A stretch of DNA of 64,000 nt from assembly GCF_009914755.1 (NCBI RefSeq), contig NC_060927.1; one strand, 5' to 3'. This document shows positions 1-15,080 of this stretch, piece after piece; the first letter of the stretch is position 1, and each line of letters opens with the position of its first letter. Position numbers and translations under genes: made by a program. Below the pieces are notes generated by a model, which was not told the DNA's origin, made no database searches, and worked only from the letters and a program-made list of their open reading frames with translations. The stretch comes from the human T2T-CHM13v2.0 reference genome, Homo sapiens.

Positions 1-184
1 ACACAGACCATGCCCTGTCTCTCTAATTGGCACCACCAGGCTCCCAGAACTGACATCTTATTTATCTTCTTCTCTTTGCACTATGTCTAATGAGGCTCTG
101 TCCACCTCATGTAAGACATGGTTCTTTTGTTTACCTTCTCTTCTTTATGAATACCCAGAAAGGTAACATTGCCTAGCAAGAGGC

Positions 185-390
185 ATTCATTAGAGGTTAA
201 GAGCTCACGCGCTGGACTAAGACTAGCCAGGGTCTGAAAATCCTGGTTCTTCTCTCAGCAAGCTACCCCATAAGCTCAGTTTTTTCTTCTATAAAATGGG
301 GAAAGAGCAGTACCTATTCTCATATGGTTGATGTGTATTAAGTATTTAACAGCACCTGCCACAGAGTTCATACTCAATAAATGTTAGACT
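185..390 (+). mobile_element. MIR SINE relic
   Basis: ggttaagagc...ataaaatgggg...gtacctattctcatatggttg...ctcaataaatgttag resembles the MIR core and 3' end. Confidence 0.65.
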
Positions 391-529
391 TCATTAATCT
401 AATTACTCATGCCTTCCCCATGAGCCCTCTTCCCTTTCTGTCTCTGTGTTTCTCTCCTCTAGATCATTCTCAACACCAGCATCATCACAATTAATTTGCC
501 ATAAACAGCAGCACAGCAGGATCTACCAC

Positions 530-930
530 TCTGTTCCTCTTCACCCTGCATCCCACACCTAGTTTCTATTCCACAGCCTCACATGTAACGTGGTGGGACC
601 ATGTAACTGGGTTCTATAGCTAACAGAAATGTGAACTGAAGTGACATGAGACCATTTCAGGCTTGGCTTATAAAAAACTTCATGACAGTCCATGTTCTCT
701 CCTCTTCCACCAGCTCATCACAACTGTGCATAGTGGCATGGAAACCACATGCTGCAGATGGCAGAGCCACAAAATGCAGAGCCTAGAGCCCTGAATCACC
801 ACTTAGAAGAGAGTCACCTGCTAATTAGAAACACCTCTTTTGGAAATTTTGTGAAGAAAGTATAGATTTCTCACAGATTAAGTCACAGAGGTTCTGGAGT
901 TTCTCTGTTATGGCAGCTAACATTACCTTT
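530..930 (+). mobile_element. MLT1 (old MaLR) solo LTR, MLT1H-K-like
   Basis: ccatgtaactgggttct...aaatgtgaactgaagtgacatg...gatggcagagccaca...ttaagtcacagaggttctggagtttctctgttatggcagc matches the MLT1 pattern. Confidence 0.65.
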
Positions 931-944
931 CTCCATTCTTAAAC

Positions 945-1450
945 ATTTGGTATGTTCCCACTATCTACAGAATGAAACCTGACCTCCCTAGCATGGCATT
1001 CAAGGTCTCCCCTAATCCAGCCCCAGCTACTCTCCAAGCCCCTTTCTCACCATGAAGCCAGTAATGTACCTAGTACTTTCCATAAGTACCAGGCATTAAT
1101 AAACCTTCCCAATCCTCAAAATCTTTGCTCTCAGAGTTCCTTCTATCAGAAAGGACCAAATTCCTTAATAGTTGACAAAATTCGGATCAATCTTCAAGGA
1201 ACAGTTCAAATACCATCTCCTCTGAGGAGCTCATGTGATACTGGTTACCATGTCTTCTGGCTACCAGAATAGACAGAACAGACTATGCTCGCTCCTTTAC
1301 TACAAGACTATTACTTATGATATATAGCCAAGTGTCTCTCTGTGTTTTCACACTACTGAGGACTTCTGGAGAGAGAGGCTAAGAGCCTTTCAATTTCATA
1401 TTCTTAATCCTTAACACACTAGCTGGAATGAGTAGGAACTTGGTATGTTG
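945..1450 (+). mobile_element. L2 3' fragment
   Basis: ctccctagcatggcattcaaggtct...ttcaaggaacagttcaaataccatctcctctgagga are L2 3' motifs. Confidence 0.55.
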
Positions 1451-2950
1451 TATAGGGTAAATTTAAAATCATAAAGAAATAAGGGCACATTCCACGTATC
1501 ATTAAGTAGTATGCCCAGAAATGACTACTTGGCCTCAAATATCATAAAAGTGAGACCACTTCCTTGATGTAAGTTCTTTGCAGTTCAATTACCTTTGTTG
1601 ACAGCCCTGGTTGAGATATACAAATGTGGGTCACTGGACATAAGAAAGACAAATGAGAACGTTGGCAAATTCAGACAGAACCACTCTACTGCTAGACTAA
1701 GAGTTCAAAGCCTCTAATCCATCCATCAAAATGGATAAAATAGATGAAAAATCAGCAATAATCTAAACGCAACCCAAAATGACTTGATACATAAATTATG
1801 GCATATCCATAAATTAAATATTATACATCTATAAAAATCGACATAGTCCCCTCTTTTCCTACCCCAATTCTACCTCTACATGTTAGTCTTCAGATTGTAG
1901 CTGAAGTGTCATTTCCTTAGAAACTGGTCCCCTCTGTTAGGCACTCCCAGAGTAACTTTCCCTCAGAGCTCCTTCACATTGATTTGGTATAATTAATTGA
2001 TTATTGTCTTGCTCTCTAACTACTACTAAATAAATGAGAGTGGAAAGAATATTTCTCTTTTTTATTTGTAAATAGGGTGAGTGAATGAATAAACATTCAA
2101 CAGAATATGAAACAAAATGAAAAAAACGTAAACCAAAAAAAATAAGGTTATATAATAGCATGTATAGCATGATCCTATTTTGTAAAAAGGTTATACCCAT
2201 CTGTCAACCTAAATACATACACAGACACACACAGACATAGAGGAACGTATAAATAAATAACCTGTATAACCTAAATTTTGGAAGATTCTTCACCAAAAGC
2301 TCAACACTGGATTTTTCTAGCCAAGGTTGAAAGGATCTATGTGGAGTGATCATGACCTCATTCAGGCTCTTCTTTCTCCCTGGTACAGGCCAGGGTTAAT
2401 TTCCTACTAAGTGATGGATGAAATAGCTTTCCTAAACATGTGGAGGAAGTGGCCTGCTTTCTTGCTTTGCTCACCAACTACAAAAATGGCAGCTGTGATG
2501 GGGAAGCCTGGACTGTCAAGGCCATCCGTCAGCGAGATGGCAGACTCCATGTCACGTGCCACACAGCTACGCTGGCCACATCCAGCCCTGCACAGCTGCA
2601 TAGCAGAATCAGGAAAAACAGTACTTTTCATTCTGGTTTCCCAGATTGAACCAGGTTACTACAGAGAGGAGAAGGTGAAGAATGGAGTGGGGAACAAGAC
2701 TCTGCCTCCGTAACTCTGCCACCTGCCTCCAGGCTGTGGGAGGAACACCAGGTGGCTCTTCATGGCCATTCGACAGAAATATTAGACTAATATGGAAGTC
2801 CTGCCTACTCAACCTGCCACTGTCCAAATCTAAACTACAGTCACAAAATGAAGATTCTACTGAGGCTACAAATATTGGGAAAATCAATATTTTTAAAGGC
2901 TGGCAGGGATAAAGAAAGATATGCAAATGGTCATCATTATCAAAATGATA

Positions 2951-3160
2951 AGACACTAAGCAGCACTCCTCTTCAATACTGTAGATATACACACCTGTAA
3001 TTATGCCATCCACACACCTACGTACATACAGAGAGGGTTGATATAACACTCGGATAGACACTAAGCAGCACTCCTCTTCAATATTGTAGATATGTACATC
3101 TGTAACTATGCCATACACACAACTACATAGACACACCTACAGAGAGGGTCTATATAACAT
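2951..3160. repeat. Tandem duplication, ~105-bp unit x2
   Basis: agacactaagcagcactcctcttcaata starts at 2951 and again at 3056; similarity continues through tacagagagggt. Confidence 0.9.
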
Positions 3161-3340
3161 ACGATAATGTTTACTAAAAAACCAGAAGGAAACCAAGTCA
3201 GCATAAACTCACATTCTCTGCCCTTTGATGGTATAATTTTCTCCTAGATTTTTACCAAATAAATAGTCTAGGATGTGAGCCAATATAAAAAATCATAAAA
3301 ATCCTAAATGGCACCTGTTAAACTTCAAAAAAAAAGCACT

Positions 3341-3981
<641 letters not shown>

Positions 3982-4247
3982 TAAAACCACAATGGCAGCA
4001 GCTGACATGGAATGCTGTTCATAACATATGACTGAGAGAAAAATAGGTTTCAAAACATTATGCACTGTTTTGATTCAATTTTTGTAATGTAAACATATAA
4101 TTTACAATTATTAAGTAAACATGCAATATATAAATACATTAAATATATAAATATAAAACATGTAAATTATATAAAATATATACTACGTATAAAGAATAAC
4201 TGTGGCTGGGGGAATTGTTGGTATTTGCTGTTTTCAATTTTTTTCTA

Positions 4248-4371
4248 CTTTTTTTTTTAACAGACAGAGTCTTGTTTTGTTGCTCCAGTTGGAGTACAGT
4301 GGTGTGATCATGGCTCACTGCAACCTCAACCTCCTGGGCTCAAGTGGTCCTCCCACCTCAACCTCCTGAGT
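4248..4371 (-). mobile_element. Truncated Alu right-arm fragment (AluJ/FRAM-like)
   Basis: gacagagtcttg...gtggtgtgatcatggctcactgcaacctcaacctcctgggctcaag. Confidence 0.85.
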
Positions 4372-5481
4372 GCCTACTTCTTCTTTTTTTTTTTAATGCA
4401 ATGTGCATTTAAGAGGGGAAAAAAAGCAGTAACAGAAAAAGGAAACACTAAAAGAAAAAGGAAAAGAAAATCCTAGGCTGGGATTCAGAAAAGCAGGTTG
4501 ATCTAAGATCTCAGTAGGCCTTGAACGACTATTCATAATCCCTCCCACCCAACCGCTACCTGCTCCCACCAGCACAGAAAGACCAGGCAATGACAGACTA
4601 ACCTGTATAACCTGAACTTTGGAACAAAAGAACTAAAGAGATGCAGCATCTCATTTATATATATACATAGGGCTGACATACGAATTCCACTGTGGGTACT
4701 GCCTACTAAACCTTTCTTACATTCTCTGTCACCTCCCCTCATCCCAGAGGTCTAAACTTCTGTCTTCTAAGTTTGATTGTTTCCTAAGGCACTGCCATGT
4801 TCATCAAATCAGCTAGGAAAAAAAAAAAAAACAAACAAACATAACTTGTGGTCCCTTACCAAGAGCAAAAGAAGTCAGCTACTCGGTGTAAACAGGGAAG
4901 AAGGGAGGCATCACACAAGAGTGGATGGTGGAGACTGTGGTCAATCAGCTCGACTGCTGCTGGCTGTCCCGGACAGGATGTGAACTCAGCAACATCCACC
5001 TAGCTTCAGATCTTTTTAAAGAGAAGCTGAAGACCTAGATGTCTGGGAAATCTCTCTATTTTTCAAGGGTCCATGAGCATGCCCTTGGGGTGAGTTGCTT
5101 AGTTTCCTGATCTGGAAATTGGAGACCATTAAGAACATGTCTCTCACAAGGTTGTTGTGAAGTTTCAATGAGTTAATCTATCCAGAATACCTAGAAAGTT
5201 ACCAGGCCCAGAGTAAGCATTTGGCACTCATCATCTTCCAACCACCAGCATCCACAGGCCACCAGTTTGCAACCCCTGGGCTGCTACTACCTGAGGGCCA
5301 GGGGGTCCCTGAGGGACGAAGATATGCTATCGTCATTTGTCCAATTCCTGGCACGCTGTTGGCAGCAGCATTTTCTGAACACATCAATCAACTGTAGAAC
5401 AATTCCTAAAAAGTTAAGCTCCACAACGCTTTTCTGGCATCATCAACCCAGTTCCCCTAACTTCAAAGGGTGTGAGTGGGA

Positions 5482-5787
5482 GGCCAGGCATGGTGGCTCA
5501 CGCCTGTAATCCTAGCACTGTGGGCGGCCGAAGTGAAAAGACTGCTTGAACCTAGGAGTTCGAGACTAGCCTAGGCAACATATGGAGACCCTGATTCTAC
5601 CAAATAATTAAAAATTAGCCAGGTATAGTGGCCCACGCGTGCAGTCCCAGCTACTGTGGGGGCGAGAGGAGGTGGTGGTGCTGAGGTGGGAGAATTACAT
5701 GAGCCTAGAAGTGCAAGGCTGCAGTGAGCCATGATCTCACCACTGCACTCCAGCCTTAGCAACAGAGCGAGACCCTGAATCAAAAAA
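5482..5787 (+). mobile_element. Alu (AluJ-like)
   Basis: ggccaggcatggtggctcacgcctgtaatc through gagaccctg plus short A-tail; G-rich insertion in the right arm. Confidence 0.92.
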
Positions 5788-7014
5788 CGGGTGGGAGTGG
5801 GGGTATGAGTGGGCTGTACAACAAGCACAATAAGACAGCTCCACACCCTAGCCCCCAAGAAGCCCTGCCATTTAATGTGCTTTCTGAATTCCACTCTGCA
5901 CTGGAGACTCAGGGTCCAGGAGTCTGAGGAGGCGTCAGGTCTGAGGAGGATGGGAACAGATGGCAGTCCCAAAAGTGCCTCCTTGTAACCACTGATCTAT
6001 CAGGAATCCATAAGCTGCTCCTCCCTGCCCTGTCATTTGCTTACAAGTCTGCCTGCTGACAAAAATCCCCATGAATTCTTAGGGTCCATATGCTGTTCTG
6101 GAAAGTTGGCCCTGTTTCAGGTAGAGAAAGAAAGACGCTCCAGTGCTTTCCTACCACAGCCTCTCCTGTGGCCTAGGTTCCAGTTACCTTTAAGAAACTA
6201 ACTGTTATCACAGCCACCTTGCCAGTGAGGTTTACCTTGAGGCAAAACCTCAAATGATCCTGCAAACTGAGGATGGATGACAGTGATCACCACTGCACAG
6301 TAAATACTCAACATGTGTGAGACCCCAAACTAAATGCTCTCAGCAATCCTTACATCAACCTTTGGGCTAAGTATGAATATTCCCATTTCACAGAGGAGGA
6401 AAACAAATCTCAAAGACGTGACACAACACACCAAATGTTGACGGGTAGAGCGCAGATTCAAAATGCTGTTTGACTCCGAACAGAGGGCCTGTCATGAATT
6501 CACCACATAACCTTCTAGACAGACTCCCTGCGCCCTGGAAAAATGCCTTAGTGTCTCATTGTATCAGTTATGGGGTATCACAAATGCACTCAGCATATAT
6601 CTTTGGGAGAATGCTTACCCACATCCAGTCTTTCCTGCTCTTAATGCCAATGGAAATCTGTCGGCATTATTCCCTTGAGCACCTAATTATATGTTGGGAG
6701 CTAACTAATCTCCCTCAAAAAACCACAGGCCATTACAGGGCAAGGGTGACAAGAACCATTCCTACATGACCCAGCTCAGCAAAGACTTGTTAAATGAGTT
6801 CTTAAACAATTGTAGCTAGATTCTAAGACAAACTAGCTTTTTTCAATACTTTGCATATTTTTCTGAATTCTTGACTTCTCGACAAAGTCCACCCTGATCA
6901 CCCCATGTAATACTACCACCTGCTACCTGCCTGGACATTTTCAACCCTCTGACCCTGCCCTACTTTTTCCTTTGCCCATAGCCCCTATCAACTTCTAACA
7001 TACTTCATAATTAC

Positions 7015-7305
<291 letters not shown>

Positions 7306-7363
7306 CTAATTGATTATGTTTATAATGTGTCATCTATCCTACCCTACCTGCCATCCCCACTAG

Positions 7364-7724
<361 letters not shown>

Positions 7725-8529
7725 AAGACTGTTTTTTAACTGATGTATTCCAAGGGCCTACAACAGAGCATGGCACATAGTAGGTACTCCATAAATATTT
7801 CTAATCCAACTGAAATGAAATGAGGATCCTGGCCGCTTGGTGTCTCACATTCCTCACCTGCAATTAAGCGGTTGTAGTGCTGCTTATTTCATGAGAATGA
7901 GAAGGCAAGAGACACATGTGCAGCACATGGCCCAGTGCTGGCACGCAGTAAGCGTTCAGTGCATCTCTCCTATTCTTTACCCTAGAAATCGAAATCTGCA
8001 TTGCATTCTGTACCTGGCTTCATAGCTCAGGCCATTGATTACTACCCTCAAGTTGTTTCTGAATCTGGGAGAGCCATTCTTCATTAAATGCATTTCCTCT
8101 TAGAAAGAGCGATTTGTTCTACACGGATGCTGAGCATTTATTTCTATCATAGACAGGAGCCTATAATGTTGACAAATGTGCGTAATGATCAGTAAACAAA
8201 CACAGGAAGGGCAGGGACTGAACTTAATTTAATAGGCTGCCTGAGCACTGAGATACTTTTTTTTTTTTTAATTCCCAGGATCCAACGTCAATTCAATACT
8301 GGAAGCCTGGGCCTCCAACAACCCTTCAGTTTCATTCATTAAGTGAAAGAGAAAGACTGTCCAAATGATAGGGAAAGCCTGTGTAGCAATGAGCTATTCA
8401 CATTCTGATCTCCCCATGCACCCTGATCTCTTCTCTAGGACCTAGAGGGCAAGGGTGTGTCTTAATGCATCTTTCTATCTATCCCCTGGCCCCGGCTCCA
8501 TGAATGGACCAAGGCAGTGACTCACTAAA

Positions 8530-8946
<417 letters not shown>

Positions 8947-8972
8947 ATACACATATAAATATAAGTACAAAA

Positions 8973-9262
8973 TTTTTTTTTGAGACACAGTCTCACTCCG
9001 TCATCTAGGGCAGAGTGTAGTAGTGCGATCACAGTTCACTGCAACCTCTGCCTCCCGGATTCAATTGATCCTTCCACCTCAGCCTCCTGAGAAGCTGGAA
9101 CTACAGGCACACACCACCACGCCCAGCTAATTTTGTATTTTTTCTAGAGATGGTGTCTCACTATGTTGCCCAAACTGGTCTTGAACCCTGGACTCAAGCA
9201 AACCACCCTCCTCCACCTCCCAAAGTGCTGGGATTACAGACATGAGCCCCCATGCCCAGCCT
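8973..9262 (-). mobile_element. Alu (AluJ-like)
   Basis: Antisense dimeric Alu. Confidence 0.92.
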
Positions 9263-10019
9263 AATAGTTATATTTTTAAAACAAAAAATATATATATTCA
9301 ACCAGGTAACACTGAATGCCTCAAGGTGGGAGTGAGGGAGAGTTGAAACTGGGGTTGGGGGTTGTGGGAGAGAAGAATGCATGCACTCTTTCTTCATGCA
9401 CCTGTGTAATTAATGTTTGACTTGCTCCAGGATTGGGACAGCGTGACTGCAGCACAGCCAGCCAGCTGAAAGCACAACACTGAGAAAAGCAAATTTGGGA
9501 ATTGCTGAAGGGGAAAGAGAGGAAAATAACTGTGGAATTCTGGGTGCTTCCCAGGAGGCCAGTATTACAGCTTAGAGGCCAAAGCAGTCAGCAGTCAAGA
9601 GCTGGCATGAGGCCAGTACAGCTGGAAACACAGCAGGTGGAGTGAGGTGGAGGGAAGGAACACGCAGGCTCAGGGATCCGGCTTAGGAAAAATCAGGCTG
9701 GGGGACTTAAAGTAAGGTGAGCAGGAATCATAACTACTTAGGTTTACCTCTGTGCAAAGTTTTCTACTGAATGCTGGGACAGAAACTCAAAACCTTGCCC
9801 TTCAGATAAGGCTAAAAATTACAAAAAGAAAATTTCCAACTTTCCTTTCTCCCTAACCCCACGCAGTCATTGTCCCTTATTGGAGCAGCCCAGAAAGCCC
9901 TGGATGAATCACTGGCTGCTATTCTATTCTGCCTGGGTCGGTAACAGTTCTCCACCTGTTCCTGTCTATAAGCAAAGACATTCTCTTTGTCTGCCTCCCA
10001 GTCTTCTGCAGTCAATACA

Positions 10020-10225
10020 CTGGTGTCAACTTATCAGAGTTCTCGCTCTACTAACCAGTTGTGTAACCTGGGGACTGACCCTCTCAGACTTCCAAATTCC
10101 TAACTGGGAAAACTGGGGAAATTAACAGAACATAGCTCATGGGGTTGTTGTAAAGATCAAATTAAATAATTACATTAGCACAATGACTAGCAATGGAAAG
10201 CCCTTGGTAAATGTGAGCTGTTACT
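10020..10225 (+). mobile_element. MIR
   Basis: ctctactaaccagttgtgtaacctggg...ctcatggggttgttgtaaagatcaaatta. Confidence 0.65.
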
Positions 10226-10549
10226 TTTAGGCAATGCTTCATATACTGCTCACAGTCCCTATAATATAGGTGCTTGTTAGAGTTGACTTAAGTTTTCTAA
10301 CATTAAGTAGCTAGTAAATGGCAGAGCTAGAATTTGAATCCATATTAAAAATTTATGTACCCAACTAATAATTATTTTGTCTCCAACTCTTCCTCTCCAC
10401 TGTCTTCCCTTTCTTTAATACATATTAGCCTGTCCCCTTCTCCATTCTACCTTCATCAATTTCTCTTTCTCTTTCCTGTCCCTAACCTGCACACACTGGA
10501 GGCCACAAACACACACTCTAAGCATAAAGCTGAGTGTGAGATTAAAACA

Positions 10550-11095
10550 GAAGAGGATACAAATCAGAACCTATTGGCAGTGTCTTCTAAAGCCAAACAA
10601 ATGAAAGAAAGGAGTGTTTATGTCTACCAAAACACTCAGACAATAAATAGAGCAGCTTTATTGAAAATAGCCCCAAACTACAAGCTACCCAGATGCATAT
10701 GAATAGAAAAATAAATATTTTATTGTATGTACATGCAAGTGAATATTATACAACCAATAAAAATGAACTACTGACACACACAACAAAAGGGTCATGTCTC
10801 CCAAACATACTGGACAAATTAAGCCAGACATAAAAGAGTACATACCATAGTTTTTATTTATTTGAAGTTCATGAGCAGGCAAAACAAATATATGGTAATA
10901 GAAGAACCGGAACAGTGCTGACCTCTTTAAGAGGAGAGCACTGAGTGGGAAATAGCACAAGGAGTCTCCCAGGGTACTTATGATGTTCCATATATTAATC
11001 TGGTGATGGTTACACAGTAATACCTCAATTAAAAGGTCACGAAGTTGCACTTAATATTAACACACTTTATGTATTCCAGACTTCAATTCTAAAAA
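10550..11095 (+). mobile_element. L1M (L1MB/MC/ME-type) 3' fragment
   Basis: gcagctttattgaaaatagccccaaactacaagctacccagatg...aagccagacataaaagagtacatacc. Confidence 0.75.
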
Positions 11096-12028
11096 AAGAA
11101 CAAAGGTAATAAAAATAATCAGAATCCATTTCACTGCAGAAGTTTCCAAGGTTCTGGGGCAGCGGCCAAGATGGCGAGCTTTGGTGCTGTCCGTGGGTAA
11201 AGTGCTGATTTGTCTCTTGGCTGAGACCTCAGATAACCTCATGTATGAGAAGGAGAAGGAGTAGATCAGGACACATCCAGTGACGTCACAGCCAAGTACA
11301 TCTGCTGCTCTCTGGACCCACGGCAAGCTCTCAGGCCTGCAGAGGTTTGCAGCAAAATCTACAGCAAAGCTCGTCCACAGCTGAGCTGCTTGTGCTTACT
11401 CTACATAGTGTTCCTGTGATAACCCTCAAAGTTAATTCCTACTGCTTATTTTCTGGCACATCTGATGCTTTTTACTTGGTACATTATGGCACTTTGGTTC
11501 TCTATCTTCTCCTTATCTGAGCAAGGGCTTCATGCCTCTAAGATGTTTATTCCCTCTGATCACAAAGGTTTCAGACAAAGGGGGACTGCTGAAATCCACT
11601 CATTTGGTTATCAGGCACGTTATTGCATTATTACATTATTACACTTTGTGGGAGAGAAGGACAGCATGTGTAGAGACTGGACAGTAACAGTGTGTCAAGA
11701 CCTCTGCATATTTGATTTCAACACAGGTGCCAAGAAAATTTAACAGAAAAAGAATCGCCTTTTCAACAAATGGTGCTGGGAAAACTTCACATCCACATGC
11801 AAAAGAATGAAGTTGGGACCCTTTCCTATGCAATACACAAAAAAAATGGACCATATACCTAAATGTAAAACCTAAAACTATGAAACTCTTAGAAGATATA
11901 AAAGTAAATCTTCAAAACCCTGGGTCAGGTGAAGCCTATTTAAATATAAACCAAAACCACAAACAAAAGAAAAAAAATAGATAAAAGTTTTGTGCTGCAA
12001 ATGATACCATCAAGAAAGTGAAGATGCA

Positions 12029-12345
12029 GGCTAGGTGTAGCAGCTCACGCCTGTAGTCCCAGTACTTTGGGAACCCAAGGCAGACAGATAGCTTGAGCCC
12101 AAGCATTCGATATTAGCCTGGGCAACACAGCAAGACCCCATCTCTACAAAAAATACAAAAATTAGCCAGGTGTGGTGGCATGTACCTGTAGTCCAAACTA
12201 CTCAGAAGGCTGGGGTGGGAAGATCATTTGGACCCAGGAGGTGGTGGTTGTAGTGAGCCGAAATCTCACCACTGGACTCCAGCTTGGGAGGTAAACTCTG
12301 TCTCAAAAAAATTTGTTTAAAAAGCCTCTGTCTCAAAAATTTTTT
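12029..12345 (+). mobile_element. Alu (AluJ-like) inside L1
   Basis: Dimeric Alu; 3' end ctctgtctcaaaaa locally duplicated. Confidence 0.9.
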
Positions 12346-12960
12346 TAAGAACGTGTAGATGACCCACAGAATGAGAGAACATACTTAAAATCACACATCT
12401 GATAAAGGACTTGTATCCACAACATATAAAGAACTGTTACTCAATAATAAAAGACATATAACACTATTTTTAAATGGGCAAACCATCTTAACAGACATTT
12501 TTCCACAAGATGATGTACAAAAGACCAAATAAACACATTAAGAGATGGGCAACATCATTAGCCATCAGGGATATACAAATGAAAAACACAATGAGATCGA
12601 CTTCATACACCTTTGATTGGTGTACAAAGACAGGCAAGTGCTGGTGATGACGTGAAGAAACTGGATCCTTCATACACTGCTGGTGTGAATGTAAAATGGT
12701 GCAGCTGCTTTAGGAAGCAGTCTGGCAGTTACTAAAAACTTAAAGAGTTTCCATTTGAACCAGCAATTCCATTCCCAGGTATGTACCCAAGAGAAATGAA
12801 AACATATGTTCACACAAAAACCTGTACATGAATATCCATAGCAGTATTACTCACCATAGCCAAAAACTAGGAACAACCCAAATGTCCTTCAACTGATGAA
12901 TGGGGAAAAAAATATGTATCTATAGAATGGAACATTATTTAGCCATTAAAAGGAATGAAA

Positions 12961-13099
12961 AGCCAGGTGTGGTAGCTCACGTCTGTAATCCCAGCACTCT
13001 AGGAGGCTGAGGCAGGAGGATCACTTGCAGCCAGGAGTCTGTGACCAGCCTGGACAACACAGCAATACCTTGTCTCTACAAAAAACAAATAAACAAACA
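12961..13099 (+). mobile_element. FLAM-like Alu monomer inside L1
   Basis: Left monomer only, with aaac tail. Confidence 0.85.
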
Positions 13100-13789
13100 A
13101 TGGAATAAAGAATTGACACATGCTACTATGTAAATAATACTGAAAATACTATGCTAAGAAGCCAGTCACAAAAGACCTCACACAGCAGTTCACATTTATA
13201 TGAAATATAAATAGCCAAATCCAAAAAGACAGAAAACAGATTTGTAGCTGCCTAGAACTTGGGGGTAGGGGAGTGATACAGAAAAGGTAAAGGGTTTGTT
13301 GTTGAGATGATGAAAATGTTAAGTTAGACTTCAGAGATGGCTGCACAATTCTCTGAATATATTTAAAGTATTTAGTTGTAAACTTTAAATGAGTGATTTG
13401 TATGGTATTTGAATTATATCTTAATAAAGCTGTTATGTATTTCAGAAAAGAAAGGAATCAGGAAAAAGGAGAATAAATGACTACGAAATTTACAAAATGT
13501 TTTTTACAAAACCCTTAAGGCTACTGAGGTTGCATGAGGAAATGGAAAAAACACATGACTATGACCAATGTCAGAGGTGCACAGATCTATTTGTAGCTCT
13601 GCCTCTCCATATCGATCAGCCCCATGACCTTGGTAAAGACACTTATCTCCTCCAGGCCTCTCTGAAAATGAAGGACTACAATAGGTCATACTGTAGTTCC
13701 CTTCCAGCCCTACTATATCCTCATTCTTAAAGATGCATTACAGATTAGTGACCACAGCCTAACATAATAATGAAGAAGAAGATAAAGGA

Positions 13790-13930
13790 ATAATAACAGC
13801 TAGTACTGACTGAGCTCTTACTTCACGCCACTGCTGTTCCTGTCTCAGCTCGTTAAATTTTCACAACACCTCCCTGAGACCGCTGTTATCCTCATTGCAC
13901 AGATGAGGAACTGTGGCTGAGAGGGGATGA
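13790..13930 (-). mobile_element. MIR
   Basis: tcacaacacctccctgag...ctcattgcacagatgaggaactgtggctgagag. Confidence 0.65.
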
Positions 13931-14056
13931 GAGTTGTGGAATCAACATAGAAACCAACCAGCCCACATTAAAGCAAGTGGACAGAAAACAGTAAGAGGGA
14001 GGAAACCAAGCATTCGTTTTTTAAGGGACTGATGGATTCTTTAATAGGTTTAGCTA

Positions 14057-14105
14057 TGCTGTGAGGGTTTTTCAGTTCTGCTGTGAGGGTTTTTCAGTTT
14101 TGCTG
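14057..14105. repeat. 22-bp tandem duplication
   Basis: tgctgtgagggtttttcagtt(c/t) x2, then tgctg. Confidence 0.9.
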
Positions 14106-14199
14106 GAGAGTTTAGGGAAGAATTAGAGATGAGGATGAAGAAAATTAAGCAAAAAAAAAAAAAGCAAAGCATTTTATTCACGTCATAAAAAAGCAATAC

Positions 14200-14360
14200 A
14201 GCTGGGTACAGTGGCACATGTCTGTGGTCCCAGCTACTCAGGAGGCTGATGCAAGAGGATCACTTGGGCCCAGGAGTTCAATGCTACAGTGTGCTACGAT
14301 CACGCCTGTGAACAGCCACTGCACTCCAGCCTGGGCAATATGGTAAGAATCCATCTCCTA
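14200..14360 (+). mobile_element. FAM (fossil Alu monomer)
   Basis: Monomer retaining the 7SL-like ...gatcacgcctgtgaacagccactgcactccagcctgggcaa segment. Confidence 0.8.
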
Positions 14361-14667
14361 ACCCACTCACCACCCCCCCCAAAAAAGGCAATATAATTAT
14401 AGTGTCCTATGTGGCTCAGCTGAGAAATGCTGATGTACTGATACTACTATGTAGTTAGGAATAAGGTAGACGGGAAAAAAGTGTGGGTTTTACGGAGTAA
14501 AACAAAATTAAATCCTCAACTTCTTTACCAGGGATAACAGAAAATAACAATAGATAATACCTAAAATTGAAATCACAATAAATATAAATATGAACATATC
14601 ATTTCTAAATATAGAGGGAAATGCCAGAAGGAACAGCTTACAGAGTTAAAGGTGGTGCCCTCTGTGA

Positions 14668-15080
<413 letters not shown>

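Larger units (their letters stand above)
11700..13440 (+). mobile_element. L1MB-type ORF2 3' end and 3' UTR, interrupted by two Alus
   Basis: ttttcaacaaatggtgctgggaaaac...gcaattccattcccaggtatgtacccaagagaaatgaaaacatatg...gaattatatcttaataaagctgtt. Confidence 0.88.

Noticed and set aside
2609-3136. Longest ORF (175 aa, - strand) with an internal repeat
   Set aside because: The repeat comes from the DNA tandem duplication; no recognisable domain, exon structure or coding-like composition.
11700-12960. L1 ORF2 C-terminal homology as a CDS
   Set aside because: Degenerate, with stops, frameshifts and an Alu insertion; reported as a mobile element only.
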